Shown here: one piece after another, positions 52,683 to 62,880 of the stretch
How the letters are laid out: each line of letters starts with the position of its first letter
Numbering within the stretch: the stretch's first letter is position 1
Assembly: GCA_965217185.1 (NCBI GenBank)
Contig: OZ244252.1
Location: 320,001-384,000, forward strand
Source: an uncultured Candidatus Entotheonella sp.
GTDB taxonomy: Bacteria > Tectomicrobia > Entotheonellia > Entotheonellales > Entotheonellaceae
Direction of reading: 5' to 3'
Length of the DNA: 64,000 nucleotides
The notes under the pieces: model-generated
Seen by the model: the letters and a program-made list of their open reading frames with translations, nothing else
Databases searched by the model: none
Told to the model about the DNA's origin: nothing
Translations under genes and position numbers: made by a program

Positions 52683-52913
52683 GGCGTACGCTCTTTCGTG
52701 TTTGAGTGAGGTAGGACGGGGTTCAAGGGCGAACGAGGCGCTAGTATATCACGCTCCACCAGACCCGACGGTGAGCGCCCGTGCGGGCTTTGACGGGCGG
52801 GTTGAGGCGAAAGTTTTTTATAGGCACTTGGGGGCGTTTGTCCTATGATGGCGCGTCCTGTAAGCCTCACATCATCCACGCGGGGCGGCGCCCCGTCATG
52901 AGGTAGCCGAGTC

Positions 52914-54503
52914 ATGACGTTCGATCTGTTAATCAAACACGGCACGGTGGTCGACGGCACCGGTCGGCCGGGGGTGCCCGCCGATGTCGGCATCAGCGGC
53001 GGTCGGATCACCGCCGTGGCCCCCGCATTGGAAGGGGACGCGGCGTGCGACATCGACGCCGGCGGCCGTATCGTAGCGCCGGGGTTCATCGACGCGCATA
53101 CCCATTCGGACTTCACGCTGCTGAGTGCGCCGGGCGCAGACAGCAAGGTGCGCCAGGGCATTACTACCGAAGTCGTCGGCAACTGCGGCTTCTCGCCGGC
53201 GCCGGTCGCGCCGCAGACGCTCGATCTACTGAAGGAATACGTCGGCTTTCTGAACGCCGATCTGCCCTGGAATTGGCAGCGGCTGGGCGAGTATTACCAA
53301 TGCGTCAGCGATCAGGGCTGCGCTATGAACATGGTGCCGCTGGTTGGCCACGGCGCCGTTCGCATCGCCGTCATGGGATTTGCGGACCGGGGGCCCAGCG
53401 CCGATGAACTGGTGCGCATGCAGCGCCTCGTGGGCGAGGCCATGGAGGACGGCGCCTTCGGTCTGTCCTCGGGCCTGATCTACACCCCCGGATGCTATGG
53501 CGACACGGCCGAGCTCATCACCCTGGCGCAGGTGGTGCGGCAGGCCGGCGGCGTCTACGCCACGCACATGCGGGGCGAGGGCGGCACGCTTGAGGAGGCG
53601 ATCTCCGAGGCGCTGAGCATCGGTGAAGAGGCCGGCATTCCCGTGCAGATATCCCACCTGAAGGCGTCCGGGCGCGAGAACTGGGGCAAGATGGAACGGG
53701 CGCTGCAGATGATCGAGGCGGCACGGGAACGCGGCATCGCGGTGACTGCGGACATTTATCCCTACATCGCGGGCAGCACGACGATGACCAGCCTGTTCCC
53801 GGCCTGGACGCTGGAGGGCGGCATGGAGCGCTTCCTGGCCCGCATCGCCGACCGGGACACGCGGCGGCGCATCATTGATGAGGTGCAGGGGGATGGTGCG
53901 GGCTGGTCGCGGGCCACGGGTTCACTGGGCTGGGACGACATTCTGGTGGCGTCCTGCGGGCAGCAGAAGCAATTCGAGGGCTGCACGGTGGCACAGATTG
54001 CCGACGCCATGGGGAAGGAGCCGCCCGAGGCGATGATGGATTTCCTGCTGGCCGAACAGGGCAGGGTGGCGGTCGTGCTGTTCATGATGTCCGAGGAAAA
54101 TGTCGCTCTCGGCATCGCGCACCCGTTGCTGATGATCGGCTCCGACTCCCTGGCGCTGGCCACGGGGCAGGGCGGCAAGCCGCATCCGAGAACTTACGGT
54201 ACGTTCCCGCGCGTGCTGGGGAAGTACGTGCGCGACGAATGCATCCTCAGCCTCGAAGAGGGCGTGCGCAAGATGACCTCGATGGCGGCGGACACGTTCG
54301 GCCTCAGCGACCGCGGCGTACTCGCCGAGGGCAAGGCGGCGGACATCACGATTTTCGATGCGGCGACCGTCGCCGACCAGGCCACTTTCGACGAGCCGCA
54401 CCAGTATTCCACCGGCATTGATTACGTGATCGTCAACGGCCAGGTTGTCGTCGAACACGGCGTGCAAAACCCGGTTTTGCCCGGTCAGGTGTTGCGGAAG
54501 TAG
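52914..54503 (+). CDS. N-acyl-D-amino-acid deacylase
   Basis: PGFIDAHTHSD, GNCG, THMR, SHLK, GSD, HPRTYGTFPR. Confidence 0.92.
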   Translation: MTFDLLIKHGTVVDGTGRPGVPADVGISGGRITAVAPALEGDAACDIDAGGRIVAPGFIDAHTHSDFTLLSAPGADSKVRQGITTEVVGNCGFSPAPVAPQTLDLLKEYVGFLNADLPWNWQRLGEYYQCVSDQGCAMNMVPLVGHGAVRIAVMGFADRGPSADELVRMQRLVGEAMEDGAFGLSSGLIYTPGCYGDTAELITLAQVVRQAGGVYATHMRGEGGTLEEAISEALSIGEEAGIPVQISHLKASGRENWGKMERALQMIEAARERGIAVTADIYPYIAGSTTMTSLFPAWTLEGGMERFLARIADRDTRRRIIDEVQGDGAGWSRATGSLGWDDILVASCGQQKQFEGCTVAQIADAMGKEPPEAMMDFLLAEQGRVAVVLFMMSEENVALGIAHPLLMIGSDSLALATGQGGKPHPRTYGTFPRVLGKYVRDECILSLEEGVRKMTSMAADTFGLSDRGVLAEGKAADITIFDAATVADQATFDEPHQYSTGIDYVIVNGQVVVEHGVQNPVLPGQVLRK

Positions 54504-54514
54504 CGGGGGAAGGG

Positions 54515-55684
54515 ATGTCTCAATCCACGTTAATTGATCCTCTGGCGGCGGCGATTGACCTGCTGCCCCAGGTGCGAGCGGTGCGCGACGAGTTGGAGGA
54601 ACTCCGCCACATGCCGAGCGCTCTGGCGCGGGCGATCGGCGATGCCGGGCTGTTCCAGCTATACCTCCCCCGCGTCATCGGTGGTGCGGAAACCCCGCCG
54701 CTGAAGACGTTCCGGGTGATTGAAGAGATCTCCAAAGTCGATGGCTCCGTGGGTTGGTGCGTCATGATCGCCAATAGTGTCTCGCTTTTCACCGGCTGGC
54801 TGGCGCCGGACGTCGGGCGTGACATGTTCGGGCAGCCGCCCGTGGTGCGCATGTCCGGCTCGGTTCGGCCTGAAGGCAAGGCGCGGGCAGTGGACGGGGG
54901 CTATCGCGTGACGGGGCAATGGAATTTCGCCAGCGGGGTGCATCACGCCAACTGGCTGTTCTGCACGTGCACCGTCATGGACGGCGACACGCCGCGTCGG
55001 TCTGCCAACGGGACGCCCGTGATCCGCTCGATGTACATCCCGGCAGAAACGGCCACGATCAAGGATACCTGGTCGGTGGTCGGCATGTGCGGCACCGGAA
55101 GCCACGATTTCGTGATCGACGACGTCTTCGTCCCGGAGGCGCACGCCTTTTCGCTCTATGAACAGCCCAAAGTTGTCGCGCCCCTGTATAACCCGCGCTT
55201 GGTTATGGTCGCTGCCTGGACGAACACCGCGGCCAACGCCTTGGGGATCGCTCGTGGTGCCATGGACACCTTCGTCGAACTGGCAAGTCATACTGGCTCG
55301 ACGAATTCGACCACCTTGTTGCGTGACCGGCCTCTGGTGCAGTCGCGCATCGCCGAAGCGGAGGCCATCCTGGGCGCGGCGCGGGCCTACGTGCTCGAAT
55401 CGGTGGGGGCGGCGTGGGATGCGGTGTGTGAACAGGCACCCGATCCGGGCCCGGAGATCGCCCGGGCACGGCTCGCCATCACGCACGCCATGCACGAAGC
55501 GGTGCGGGCCGTGGACCTGGTGTTCCACACCGCCGGGACCAATGCCGTGTATCGCAAACACCCGCTGGAGCGTTATTTCCGGGATATCCACGTTGCCGTG
55601 CAGCATGCCGCCGGGCTGGCGTCGCACGTCGAATCGGCGGGGAAGGCGCTGTTGGGGTTGCGCCCGATGGACCTGGGGTGGTGA
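54515..55684 (+). CDS. Flavin-dependent monooxygenase (acyl-CoA dehydrogenase fold, HsaA-like)
   Basis: GQWNFASG, W...GM.GTGS, LERYFRD. Confidence 0.85.
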   Translation: MSQSTLIDPLAAAIDLLPQVRAVRDELEELRHMPSALARAIGDAGLFQLYLPRVIGGAETPPLKTFRVIEEISKVDGSVGWCVMIANSVSLFTGWLAPDVGRDMFGQPPVVRMSGSVRPEGKARAVDGGYRVTGQWNFASGVHHANWLFCTCTVMDGDTPRRSANGTPVIRSMYIPAETATIKDTWSVVGMCGTGSHDFVIDDVFVPEAHAFSLYEQPKVVAPLYNPRLVMVAAWTNTAANALGIARGAMDTFVELASHTGSTNSTTLLRDRPLVQSRIAEAEAILGAARAYVLESVGAAWDAVCEQAPDPGPEIARARLAITHAMHEAVRAVDLVFHTAGTNAVYRKHPLERYFRDIHVAVQHAAGLASHVESAGKALLGLRPMDLGW

Positions 55685-55695
55685 TTGGTGTGGGC

Positions 55696-55766
55696 GTCAC
55701 TCCGGCGAAAGAACGTCACCCCGGAGGGGAATAAGGTCGCTGGATTCCGGCGCACGCCGGAATGAC
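55696..55766. repeat. GTCATTCCGGC..GCCGGAATCCA-type palindromic element
   Basis: TGGATTCCGGCGCACGCCGGAATGAC plus a degenerate left arm GTCACTCCGGCG. Confidence 0.65.
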
Positions 55767-55839
55767 CATTTGAAGGCGGGGGGAGATTGCCAAGGGCAAA
55801 GTGAGACCCTTGGCAATCAAATTCGCAGGCTCAGTTGCT

Positions 55840-56355
55840 CTATTCAAACATCTTCTTGATGTTATCCAAGCCCATCTGATAAATGCCGCGCAGGGTTTCG
55901 GCCATCTCGGCGCCACCGTCTTCATAGGTGTCGCCGTCGATCTGGCCTATCCACTCGACGACGGAAGTCCCGGGGTCCGTGGCGGGGTACACCCTGACCG
56001 TGGAACGGTAGCGGGCGTCGGTCAGGAAGCCCTTGCTCATAATGTAGGTGTAGTGGCTCGGGCCTTGATCGGCCATGGGCTCGTCCAGCTTCATGCCGTC
56101 TTCGAACGTGAGGTAACGGACCGAGCCAACCCCCTTGCTACTGGTCATCACGCAATCGACGACAATGGGAAGGAACTTTGTCAAGTCGCAAAAGCCGCCG
56201 ATCTCTCCCCAAACGGCTTCAGTGGGGGCATTTACCTGGATCCACGTGTAAACGTTGAGGTTCTTCGCATAGGCCGTGCCGGCGCCTAACATCAGGGTGA
56301 CGGCCGCTACGCCGATCAGGCGGCGCATCGTCCGCTGCAGGTACGTCTGATTCAT
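55840..56355 (-). CDS. Exported SRPBCC-family protein
   Basis: Signal peptide AYA; AP.E.VW..IG.F, GSVR.L, Y..GL..IK. Confidence 0.78.
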   Translation of the reverse strand: MNQTYLQRTMRRLIGVAAVTLMLGAGTAYAKNLNVYTWIQVNAPTEAVWGEIGGFCDLTKFLPIVVDCVMTSSKGVGSVRYLTFEDGMKLDEPMADQGPSHYTYIMSKGFLTDARYRSTVRVYPATDPGTSVVEWIGQIDGDTYEDGGAEMAETLRGIYQMGLDNIKKMFE

Positions 56356-56559
56356 TTCCAGCTTTCCTCCTCGCTTCCCTCCGATTGATTTCGCCTATTC
56401 TGACTTTCCGTGAAACAGGCGGCTACTGAGCGAGCGGCAGAATAGCCGTTGCTATCCCATGGGTCAATACCCCGGTTGCGTCGCGGGAAGAGTTGGCATA
56501 AGGTGAGGCCCGCTGTAGGGACATCGTGTCAGGACAGGCATCAGTAAGGAGAACCAGCC

Positions 56560-56991
56560 ATGGCGAAGATCAAGCACATTGCCCTTTCGACGCAGAACCC
56601 GGACGAAACGGCCAAGTTTTACACCGAGGTGTTCGGCCTGGAAGAAATCGCCAAGCTCGACGGGCCGGGCGCTTCCGGTTACTACCTCAGCGACGGCGAC
56701 ATCAACATCGCAATTCTCAAGTTCAAGAACGATGCCGTTGCCGGAACGGAGCGCGGCAAGGAATGGAGCGGCCTGCACCACATCGGGTTTCAGGTGGAAA
56801 ACCTGGACGACATCGCGGCCAAGCTGACCGCAGCCGACGCGGCGCCGCGCGATGACATCAACCAGGCGCTCGGGGTGGGCATGGGGCGCCTGCATCATGC
56901 CAACGTCGAGGTCAAATACAGCGGACCGGACGGCGTCATTGTCGACGTGTCGGAAACCGGTTGGGTGGGTACGTCGCCGCTGCAGAGCTGA
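56560..56991 (+). CDS. VOC/glyoxalase-family protein
   Basis: IKHIAL, FY..VFG, GLHHIGF, GPDG. Confidence 0.88.
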   Translation: MAKIKHIALSTQNPDETAKFYTEVFGLEEIAKLDGPGASGYYLSDGDINIAILKFKNDAVAGTERGKEWSGLHHIGFQVENLDDIAAKLTAADAAPRDDINQALGVGMGRLHHANVEVKYSGPDGVIVDVSETGWVGTSPLQS

Positions 56992-56996
56992 TCCCC

Positions 56997-57614
56997 TTAA
57001 GACTGTCCGCGCAGCAATCCTTCCAGAGCTTCCAGGCACGGCGCCGTGTCCTCAAACACGATGCCGTGCATGCCTAGCGCCCGCGCGGCTGCGATGTTCG
57101 CCGAGAGGTCGTCGATAAACACGCAGGCGGACGCCGGCAGGGCCAGCATCCCGAGGATGGCTTCATACGCCGCGGCGTCCGGTTTCATCACGCCAATCTC
57201 GGCGGAAATGGCGACGTGGTCGAAACGCCGCACCAGGTCCTGCGCCTCAAGCATACCGCGCAGGTCGGTGCTGAAATTGCTCAACAGCCCTAACGCCATG
57301 TCCTGTTGCCGCAGGCGATCGATGCGGGCCAGCAGTTGTTGATTGAGAACGTCCCCGGCGTAAAACGCCGCCCGCAGCCCGCGCAATTGCGATTTGCTCA
57401 GCCCCAACGCCTCTCCCACCGCCTGCCAGTGCGCGTCTGATTGGATACTGCCGTTTTGCGCCGCCACCCACAACCGCTTGTCGTGCACAGTCGCCGTCAA
57501 GGTGCCCGGCGTCAGGCCGAGGTCGCGTTCCCAGGCCGCCCGCGGCTCCGGGTCGACAGTCCGGGCCAAGACGCCGCCGTAGTCGAAGATCACGGCCTCG
57601 ATGCCGCCTCGCAT
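56997..57614 (-). CDS. HAD-family phosphatase
   Basis: FDYGGV, LSN, KPD, FIDD. Confidence 0.9.
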   Translation of the reverse strand: MRGGIEAVIFDYGGVLARTVDPEPRAAWERDLGLTPGTLTATVHDKRLWVAAQNGSIQSDAHWQAVGEALGLSKSQLRGLRAAFYAGDVLNQQLLARIDRLRQQDMALGLLSNFSTDLRGMLEAQDLVRRFDHVAISAEIGVMKPDAAAYEAILGMLALPASACVFIDDLSANIAAARALGMHGIVFEDTAPCLEALEGLLRGQS

Positions 57615-57634
57615 GTTGGATTCCTCATCAAACT

Positions 57635-57665
57635 GTAGGTCGGATTAGCGAAGCGTAATCCGACA
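57635..57665 (+). repeat. GTAG-type REP-like palindrome
   Basis: GTAGGTCGGATTAGCGAAGCGTAATCCGACA. Confidence 0.75.
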
Positions 57666-57753
57666 TTCCACCGCCGCCCCGTAGGCTTCTGCTGTCGGCT
57701 TACGCGGCGACACAGCGGATTCGATAACCCGCGACAAGGCTAAACAGGTGCAG

Positions 57754-58320
57754 ATGTCAATGCCGCATGGCCTGCTGAAGAACCATGGGACATCCCGGAG
57801 CACAAGGCGCCACTGGTTCGGCGTTGCGCTTTTGTGGTTGCTCACGCTTCCGGGTTGTACGTCCGAGCAATTGGGAACGTTCTCCGAGGTCATGCGGGCC
57901 GTGGCCGAAAACCCCAAGCTTGTGAACTCGGATGCCTATCCGACAATACCTCAATCGACATTCCAGCCAAATCCCTCGCCGTGGTGCATACAGGTTGCCA
58001 GGATTCCTTCCGTTGGCGCCTTTTTTCAGGCCAGGCTGCAAAACACCTGCAACGAGACGATGCACGTCGCGTACGGATACAGTACGAAATTGGCTGGGAT
58101 AACTCTTCAGATACCGTGGTGTACACCCGGGCGTGCGGGGCTCAGGTCGGGAACAACGACGCTTTCCCCCTGGGAAAGTGAAGGTATCGCACCTTTAACC
58201 TATGGACATCTCGATCAGGTATTCTGGTGTGCATGCAGCGATACGAACGCTCGGGCAGCGTTTGCCGAACCGATAGGTATGGGCGTCCACAATTGCAGGT
58301 GTCGATGCGCTTCTCGCTGA
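57754..58320 (+). CDS. Cys-rich hypothetical lipoprotein
   Basis: Lipobox-like LPGC plus 8 further Cys, ending CRCRC. Confidence 0.55.
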   Translation: MSMPHGLLKNHGTSRSTRRHWFGVALLWLLTLPGCTSEQLGTFSEVMRAVAENPKLVNSDAYPTIPQSTFQPNPSPWCIQVARIPSVGAFFQARLQNTCNETMHVAYGYSTKLAGITLQIPWCTPGRAGLRSGTTTLSPWESEGIAPLTYGHLDQVFWCACSDTNARAAFAEPIGMGVHNCRCRCASR

Positions 58321-58444
58321 ACTAAAGCCTTGACGGGTTCGGGCGGCGGACTGGTACGTGCCACCTCGCGGTGCGGCTGATGGGTGAGCCTTCTGTCGAA
58401 AAACCGTCTGCGTTTCCAATCGGCCAACTTCGGATAACCCCATG

Positions 58445-59308
58445 TTATGTTAACTTAGGCGTACGCTGTTGCGGGCGTAGTGCTTTGATCCGAAATTTGT
58501 CTGTTATGGACGGGTTCATCCACTGATGTAGTGGTTGCTCTGAATGACAAAGAATGCAAAGAACTTCAATGTTCGATGGGCGATTATCCGAAACAACCCC
58601 ATTCTTGTGATGTCCATGCAGTAGGGACCGATGATCTGAAAGGTTCACGCCGCATTTGTCGCAATGCCAGTTGCGTTGTTGCTTCTCCTTGGTAGCTATC
58701 TGATGCCAATACGTTGCGTAACCTCCTTTCGGAGCCGTCTTGTCCGAGTATTGCGGCTTAGAGGCAAAAAAGGTTGCGTATTCGGCGAAGAAGTCTTGCA
58801 GAGAGAAGTTTTCCCAGATATCTCGTGACTGTTCGAGATTTATCCAACCTTTCCATTCAAGCTTCTTTAGACAATTCATGCACACAGCAAGAGGGGCCTC
58901 AATTTCTTCGATCGATCTAGTTCTTTGATCGGTTGCTTCGACCAGGAATTTGCCGTCTTTTCTTGTTGTCACCACGTAGCGCTCGAATCGCCCCTTTCTC
59001 CGCATGTCGTCAAGAGTCTGGCATTCAAATACATGGAATCGTCTGGAATTCTCAATATCATGGAGGAGCGTGAACTGATCTTGCCGTGTATCCCTTATGT
59101 AAAGGACTACCTGCTCCCCTTTGTAGGAAAGAAGCCCGCCGAAGCTCGTCTCAACATCTTCAAGAGGAGTCTCTTTTCCTTCTTCGAGTTCCGCGATGAG
59201 CTTTTGACGCTCATTTAACGTAGAGTTGGACAGCCGCCACAAAGATTCTCGTGCCCCCATACGAGTTCTCAGGGTCTGAAATTCGGGGAACTCCAGATCA
59301 AGCTTCAT
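58445..59308 (-). CDS. zorE: Zorya type II HNH nuclease
   Basis: C..CG..L...LHGHH.NG..SDN...N...LC..CH..QP.H; overlaps zorB. Confidence 0.82.
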   Translation of the reverse strand: MKLDLEFPEFQTLRTRMGARESLWRLSNSTLNERQKLIAELEEGKETPLEDVETSFGGLLSYKGEQVVLYIRDTRQDQFTLLHDIENSRRFHVFECQTLDDMRRKGRFERYVVTTRKDGKFLVEATDQRTRSIEEIEAPLAVCMNCLKKLEWKGWINLEQSRDIWENFSLQDFFAEYATFFASKPQYSDKTAPKGGYATYWHQIATKEKQQRNWHCDKCGVNLSDHRSLLHGHHKNGVVSDNRPSNIEVLCILCHSEQPLHQWMNPSITDKFRIKALRPQQRTPKLT

Positions 59309-60012
59309 TCAATGGTCTCCAGGACTCGTATAATCTGTTCCTTGCTGTTTGTGCGAACTTTGAACTCGACCCGTCGTGACTGGACTTTGTCCTCTTGTGA
59401 ACTGCGGTAAACCAACTGACTGGATGACAAGCCATTGGCCGTAAGGTGCGCCTGTGCCCACTCTTTGAAAGGGGCGACTAATGGCAATCCAAGAGCGTAT
59501 TCAAGCACTGAGCGCGTTCGGGCTTGAGAAAGCGCCATGTTTCTAAAATACGCTTCATCATCATCGGTAGCTCCCTCCCATTCGGATGATGTGTGGCCCT
59601 CGATCCGAACTTCTGCAATCGCATCTTGGAACTCATGCAGCACCTTAAGATAGCGGGGGAAGAAGTCATCCAAGATCGACCTGAACTCGGGTTGCAAGTT
59701 TGCTGTTCCAGCGTCGAATAAGACATCAGGCGCCCGGAAACGAATCGAAAGAGTTTCCCTGTCGAGTTCGGCATGCCATCTGGGTAAGTCTTCCTTAAAC
59801 TCCCGCTGGAGTTCCTTGTAGATTTCCACTTCTGAATCTTTCCAGGCCACAACGATGTCGCGAATTCTGTTCTGAGTTTCGACAACGGGCCGGATATAAG
59901 TGATTGCTATGAAGAGAAAGATCACCATCAAACCAGCCATAAGATCGGAAACCGAGATCCAGTGCTCATCGTCAGACCGAGAACCGCGCCTGAGGATCTG
60001 CTCTAAAGCCAT
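59305..60012 (-). CDS. zorB: Zorya MotB/OmpA-like protein
   Basis: WISVSDLMAGLM, IEGHTSS, N..LSQ.R, SRRVEF. Confidence 0.88.
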   Translation of the reverse strand: MALEQILRRGSRSDDEHWISVSDLMAGLMVIFLFIAITYIRPVVETQNRIRDIVVAWKDSEVEIYKELQREFKEDLPRWHAELDRETLSIRFRAPDVLFDAGTANLQPEFRSILDDFFPRYLKVLHEFQDAIAEVRIEGHTSSEWEGATDDDEAYFRNMALSQARTRSVLEYALGLPLVAPFKEWAQAHLTANGLSSSQLVYRSSQEDKVQSRRVEFKVRTNSKEQIIRVLETIE

Positions 60013-61448
60013 TAGATGCGACCTCTCATTTGGACAATCTCACGCAATTGTTCCGTGAGAGGGCCGTAGTCCTCCACGAATTTTTCAGACAGCGAGGCTA
60101 AATGTATTCCCAAAATCTCAATGCTACGTCGAAGTTCCTGTTGCATTTGCTGATCGAAGTTTTCAAACCTCTTTTCGATTTCTTCCGATGTTTGTTTCCA
60201 TGCCCCGTCAATCTGATTTCGCATTTCGCTCGCCGCGACTTCGATAGTCCGAGCATGTTGTTCCATGGCCGTATTGAGCGAGGTCTGCATGGATTGAAGC
60301 GTACCATTAACAGCATGTTCAAAGCGGTTTTGAGCCTCACGGGAACTGTTCAGTAGATCGTCACAACCTCGGCGAAGTTGTTCATTTGCATCTCGCTGTC
60401 TCTGAAGTGCGTCGGACGATTGTGTGATGATCTCCCGAACGGATTCGCTGAAGTCGTCCGTGAGCTGTTTCAAGTTCTGCTCGATTATGGGGAACGCCTG
60501 AAGAGCTTGTTCCTTTAATCCTGAAACCGCACTCAGATGGCCGTTCAGTTCAATCGTTGCGGCGCCGATTCCCTGAACGATTTTCTCCAGCCTCTCAAGA
60601 GCTGGTGGAATTGTTTTCGTGTGGGCAACGATTTTCCGAACAGCCTCTTCGGAGGCTTCGATTCCTTGCACAGCCGTGTTGAATCTTGCCTCTAATGTTT
60701 CGATGTGGTGACGATAGTTCTCTTGCCATGTCAGCAATGCGCCCACAGCTTGATTCAGTTGTTTGAAGTTCTCCCCGAACTGTTCGGTAAGTTGTGTGTT
60801 GAAGTCCCGAATGACCTTTTCGAGGGCCTCAATGAGGGCCTTCGAGTTGTTATCCGCCATCGTTTGGGCAAACTGGCGAAACTCTCTTATCAACTCATTT
60901 TGACCATCCTTGAAGTCGGTCCGAAGTTTTTGGACCTGGGTAAGAAGGCTGCTGTCGCTCTCAGCAGATACCGCTTTTCGCAGCTTATCAAGGGCTTCTT
61001 GTTCTTGTTCCGACGCCTCCTCGATTCCTTTTTTGATGGCTTCAAGCGTCCCATGAATGATCTCGGGCGTTATCTCGGTCTCTCCTGTGACTGACTGAGG
61101 TACAACCGCCTGAATGAACCTTAAAACGATCATAGAAGCCATGCCGAAAATGCTGGTCACAAATGCGATTTTCAATCCGCTAAGAAGTTGTGGCACGCTG
61201 TCATCAATGTTGGTGACATCGAAATCCAGCAAGCCAAAGAAAATTCCTGTAAAGGTTCCGAGGACGCCAAGCGTTGTCAGAAGAGTAGGAGCAGTTCTGT
61301 CGAATCCGCTGAGCCACTGCGCTCGGGTAAGGACCCCAAGGAATCGGACAACTACCGCGAGGGCGAATACGGCACAGATGACCCCCACGAAGAAGCGAGT
61401 AATTTCATTTGAAAAGGCAGAGTCTATAATTCTGACGAGTTGATCCAC
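60012..61448 (-). CDS. zorA: Zorya MotA-like protein with a helical tail
   Basis: P.LLTTLGVLGTF.GI, GLK.AF.TSI.G, ALE.VIRDFN..L.EQFGENFK.LN; start moved to GTG 61448. Confidence 0.88.
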   Translation of the reverse strand: MDQLVRIIDSAFSNEITRFFVGVICAVFALAVVVRFLGVLTRAQWLSGFDRTAPTLLTTLGVLGTFTGIFFGLLDFDVTNIDDSVPQLLSGLKIAFVTSIFGMASMIVLRFIQAVVPQSVTGETEITPEIIHGTLEAIKKGIEEASEQEQEALDKLRKAVSAESDSSLLTQVQKLRTDFKDGQNELIREFRQFAQTMADNNSKALIEALEKVIRDFNTQLTEQFGENFKQLNQAVGALLTWQENYRHHIETLEARFNTAVQGIEASEEAVRKIVAHTKTIPPALERLEKIVQGIGAATIELNGHLSAVSGLKEQALQAFPIIEQNLKQLTDDFSESVREIITQSSDALQRQRDANEQLRRGCDDLLNSSREAQNRFEHAVNGTLQSMQTSLNTAMEQHARTIEVAASEMRNQIDGAWKQTSEEIEKRFENFDQQMQQELRRSIEILGIHLASLSEKFVEDYGPLTEQLREIVQMRGRI

Positions 61449-61539
61449 TTGTCTGATCTCCCACAATGAGCAAAGTTTTCTGGGGTCGTCTGCGGTAGGG
61501 GGCGAAAGGAATTCCGTGGTCTAGTTCGCATAAGGGGAC

Positions 61540-62013
61540 TTATGTCGCCTCTGGTTTGGCGGCAGTCGCAGCTTCCTGGTCCAGATTTCCGCCGAGTTCA
61601 AAATGTTGCCAATCTTCGCTTAAGCTTGGAAGACCTGCTGCCTTTTCGAGTGCTGTAAGCGCGGTGTCAAACTGTTTTACATCTTTGCCTTTGAACGTAT
61701 CCAGAAGCTTTCCGCCTATCTCTGCTCCCAAGTAGAGGTAATGACTTTGCAACCAGTTGGTTGCGCTAAGTCGTTTTGTTCGAAGTTGTTGATCGCCGGA
61801 AGGCGGTGTGTTCCCTTTTTGCAAGTTATAGATGCGCGTCCCAATCTCAATAGTCCACCGGTAAGCTTCTTGATAAGCCTCAAGTCGCTTGTCTAAAGCG
61901 GCCAGTTGAAGCCGGTTCCTCTGTGCAATGTTTTCCAGTTGTTCCGCTCTTTCTGATCGGTATTCCTCAATTTTGCGCGCGGTTGAACGATTGCCTGTCA
62001 CAGTGACAATCAC
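61540..62013 (-). CDS. Hypothetical helical protein upstream of zorA, possibly 5'-truncated
   Basis: 157-aa low-GC ORF with no clear RBS. Confidence 0.5.
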   Translation of the reverse strand: MIVTVTGNRSTARKIEEYRSERAEQLENIAQRNRLQLAALDKRLEAYQEAYRWTIEIGTRIYNLQKGNTPPSGDQQLRTKRLSATNWLQSHYLYLGAEIGGKLLDTFKGKDVKQFDTALTALEKAAGLPSLSEDWQHFELGGNLDQEAATAAKPEAT

Positions 62014-62550
62014 ATTGGGTGTAAGTCCGAAATTGAGCGATTCTGAGGGGGTTTGGTACGGCTTGGGGACATGATTGATGCGCGAGGTGACAAAGTGTCA
62101 CGTAGGACGGTGGGTGATGGGCAGCACTCCTCTGGGGTATTGTTGGTTTATCTACAAAATTGGCGCACGGACGGGCCGCCTAACTGGTCAATTTGAGACC
62201 TACGCCCATCACATTGACAATCATGCCAATAAAACTCAGTACTGCTGCACCTGCTGCCACCCATGTGCCATCCATAGCTTCTTCCTCTACTTCCGATAAT
62301 CTCTCATTCTGTAAACTTTGATTCCGCACCGTTACCGGCCGGATCGGCCCTCGCGACCGGTGCCCCACCGCAAAATTTCCACCCCCAATAGCGACGTAGA
62401 TCTCGGCTCGGAACGGTGGGTCGGGACTGGCTTGAAATGGCTTCCGTAAGGTCCTGAGTGGGGTAGGAGTGGGGAATTGCACGGCATCAGGCGATGAAAG
62501 CAGAGCTACCGCGGCCCAGTTTGCGGGCCTGGTTCACATCGCCTTCGACC

Positions 62551-62880
62551 TCAGTCACGGGCGGCGCTGTCGGCGATGCCCGAAAGTTCGACGGGGGGCC
62601 GGTCGGGGAACCGAGCGACTAGCGAAAGGCTTCCGCCCATCGCCTCGATCGTCTTGCGCAACGTGGAAAGCAGCAGGTCACTGCGCTGTTCAAGCCGAGA
62701 GACGCCGTCCTGGGTGATGCCGAGCTCGGTCGCGACGCGTGCCTGGGTGAGCTGGCGCGCCTTGCGCAGCTCGCGCAGGGTCATTTCCTCGGCCACGAGT
62801 TCGGCGGCCCGCTCCTCGACCCTGCGGCGTCGCTCGGGGTCCAGCCTTGCAATCTTGTCTTCCACGTTCGAAGTCATCAC
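62551..62880 (-). CDS. XRE-HTH antitoxin (HigA-like)
   Basis: TLRELRKA..LTQ..VA..LGI.Q..VSRLE.RSD...STL. Confidence 0.88.
   Translation of the reverse strand: MMTSNVEDKIARLDPERRRRVEERAAELVAEEMTLRELRKARQLTQARVATELGITQDGVSRLEQRSDLLLSTLRKTIEAMGGSLSLVARFPDRPPVELSGIADSAARD

Noticed and set aside
59305..61448. Flagellar MotAB or ExbBD
   Set aside because: The long helical tail, coupled HNH gene and absence of flagellar genes fit Zorya
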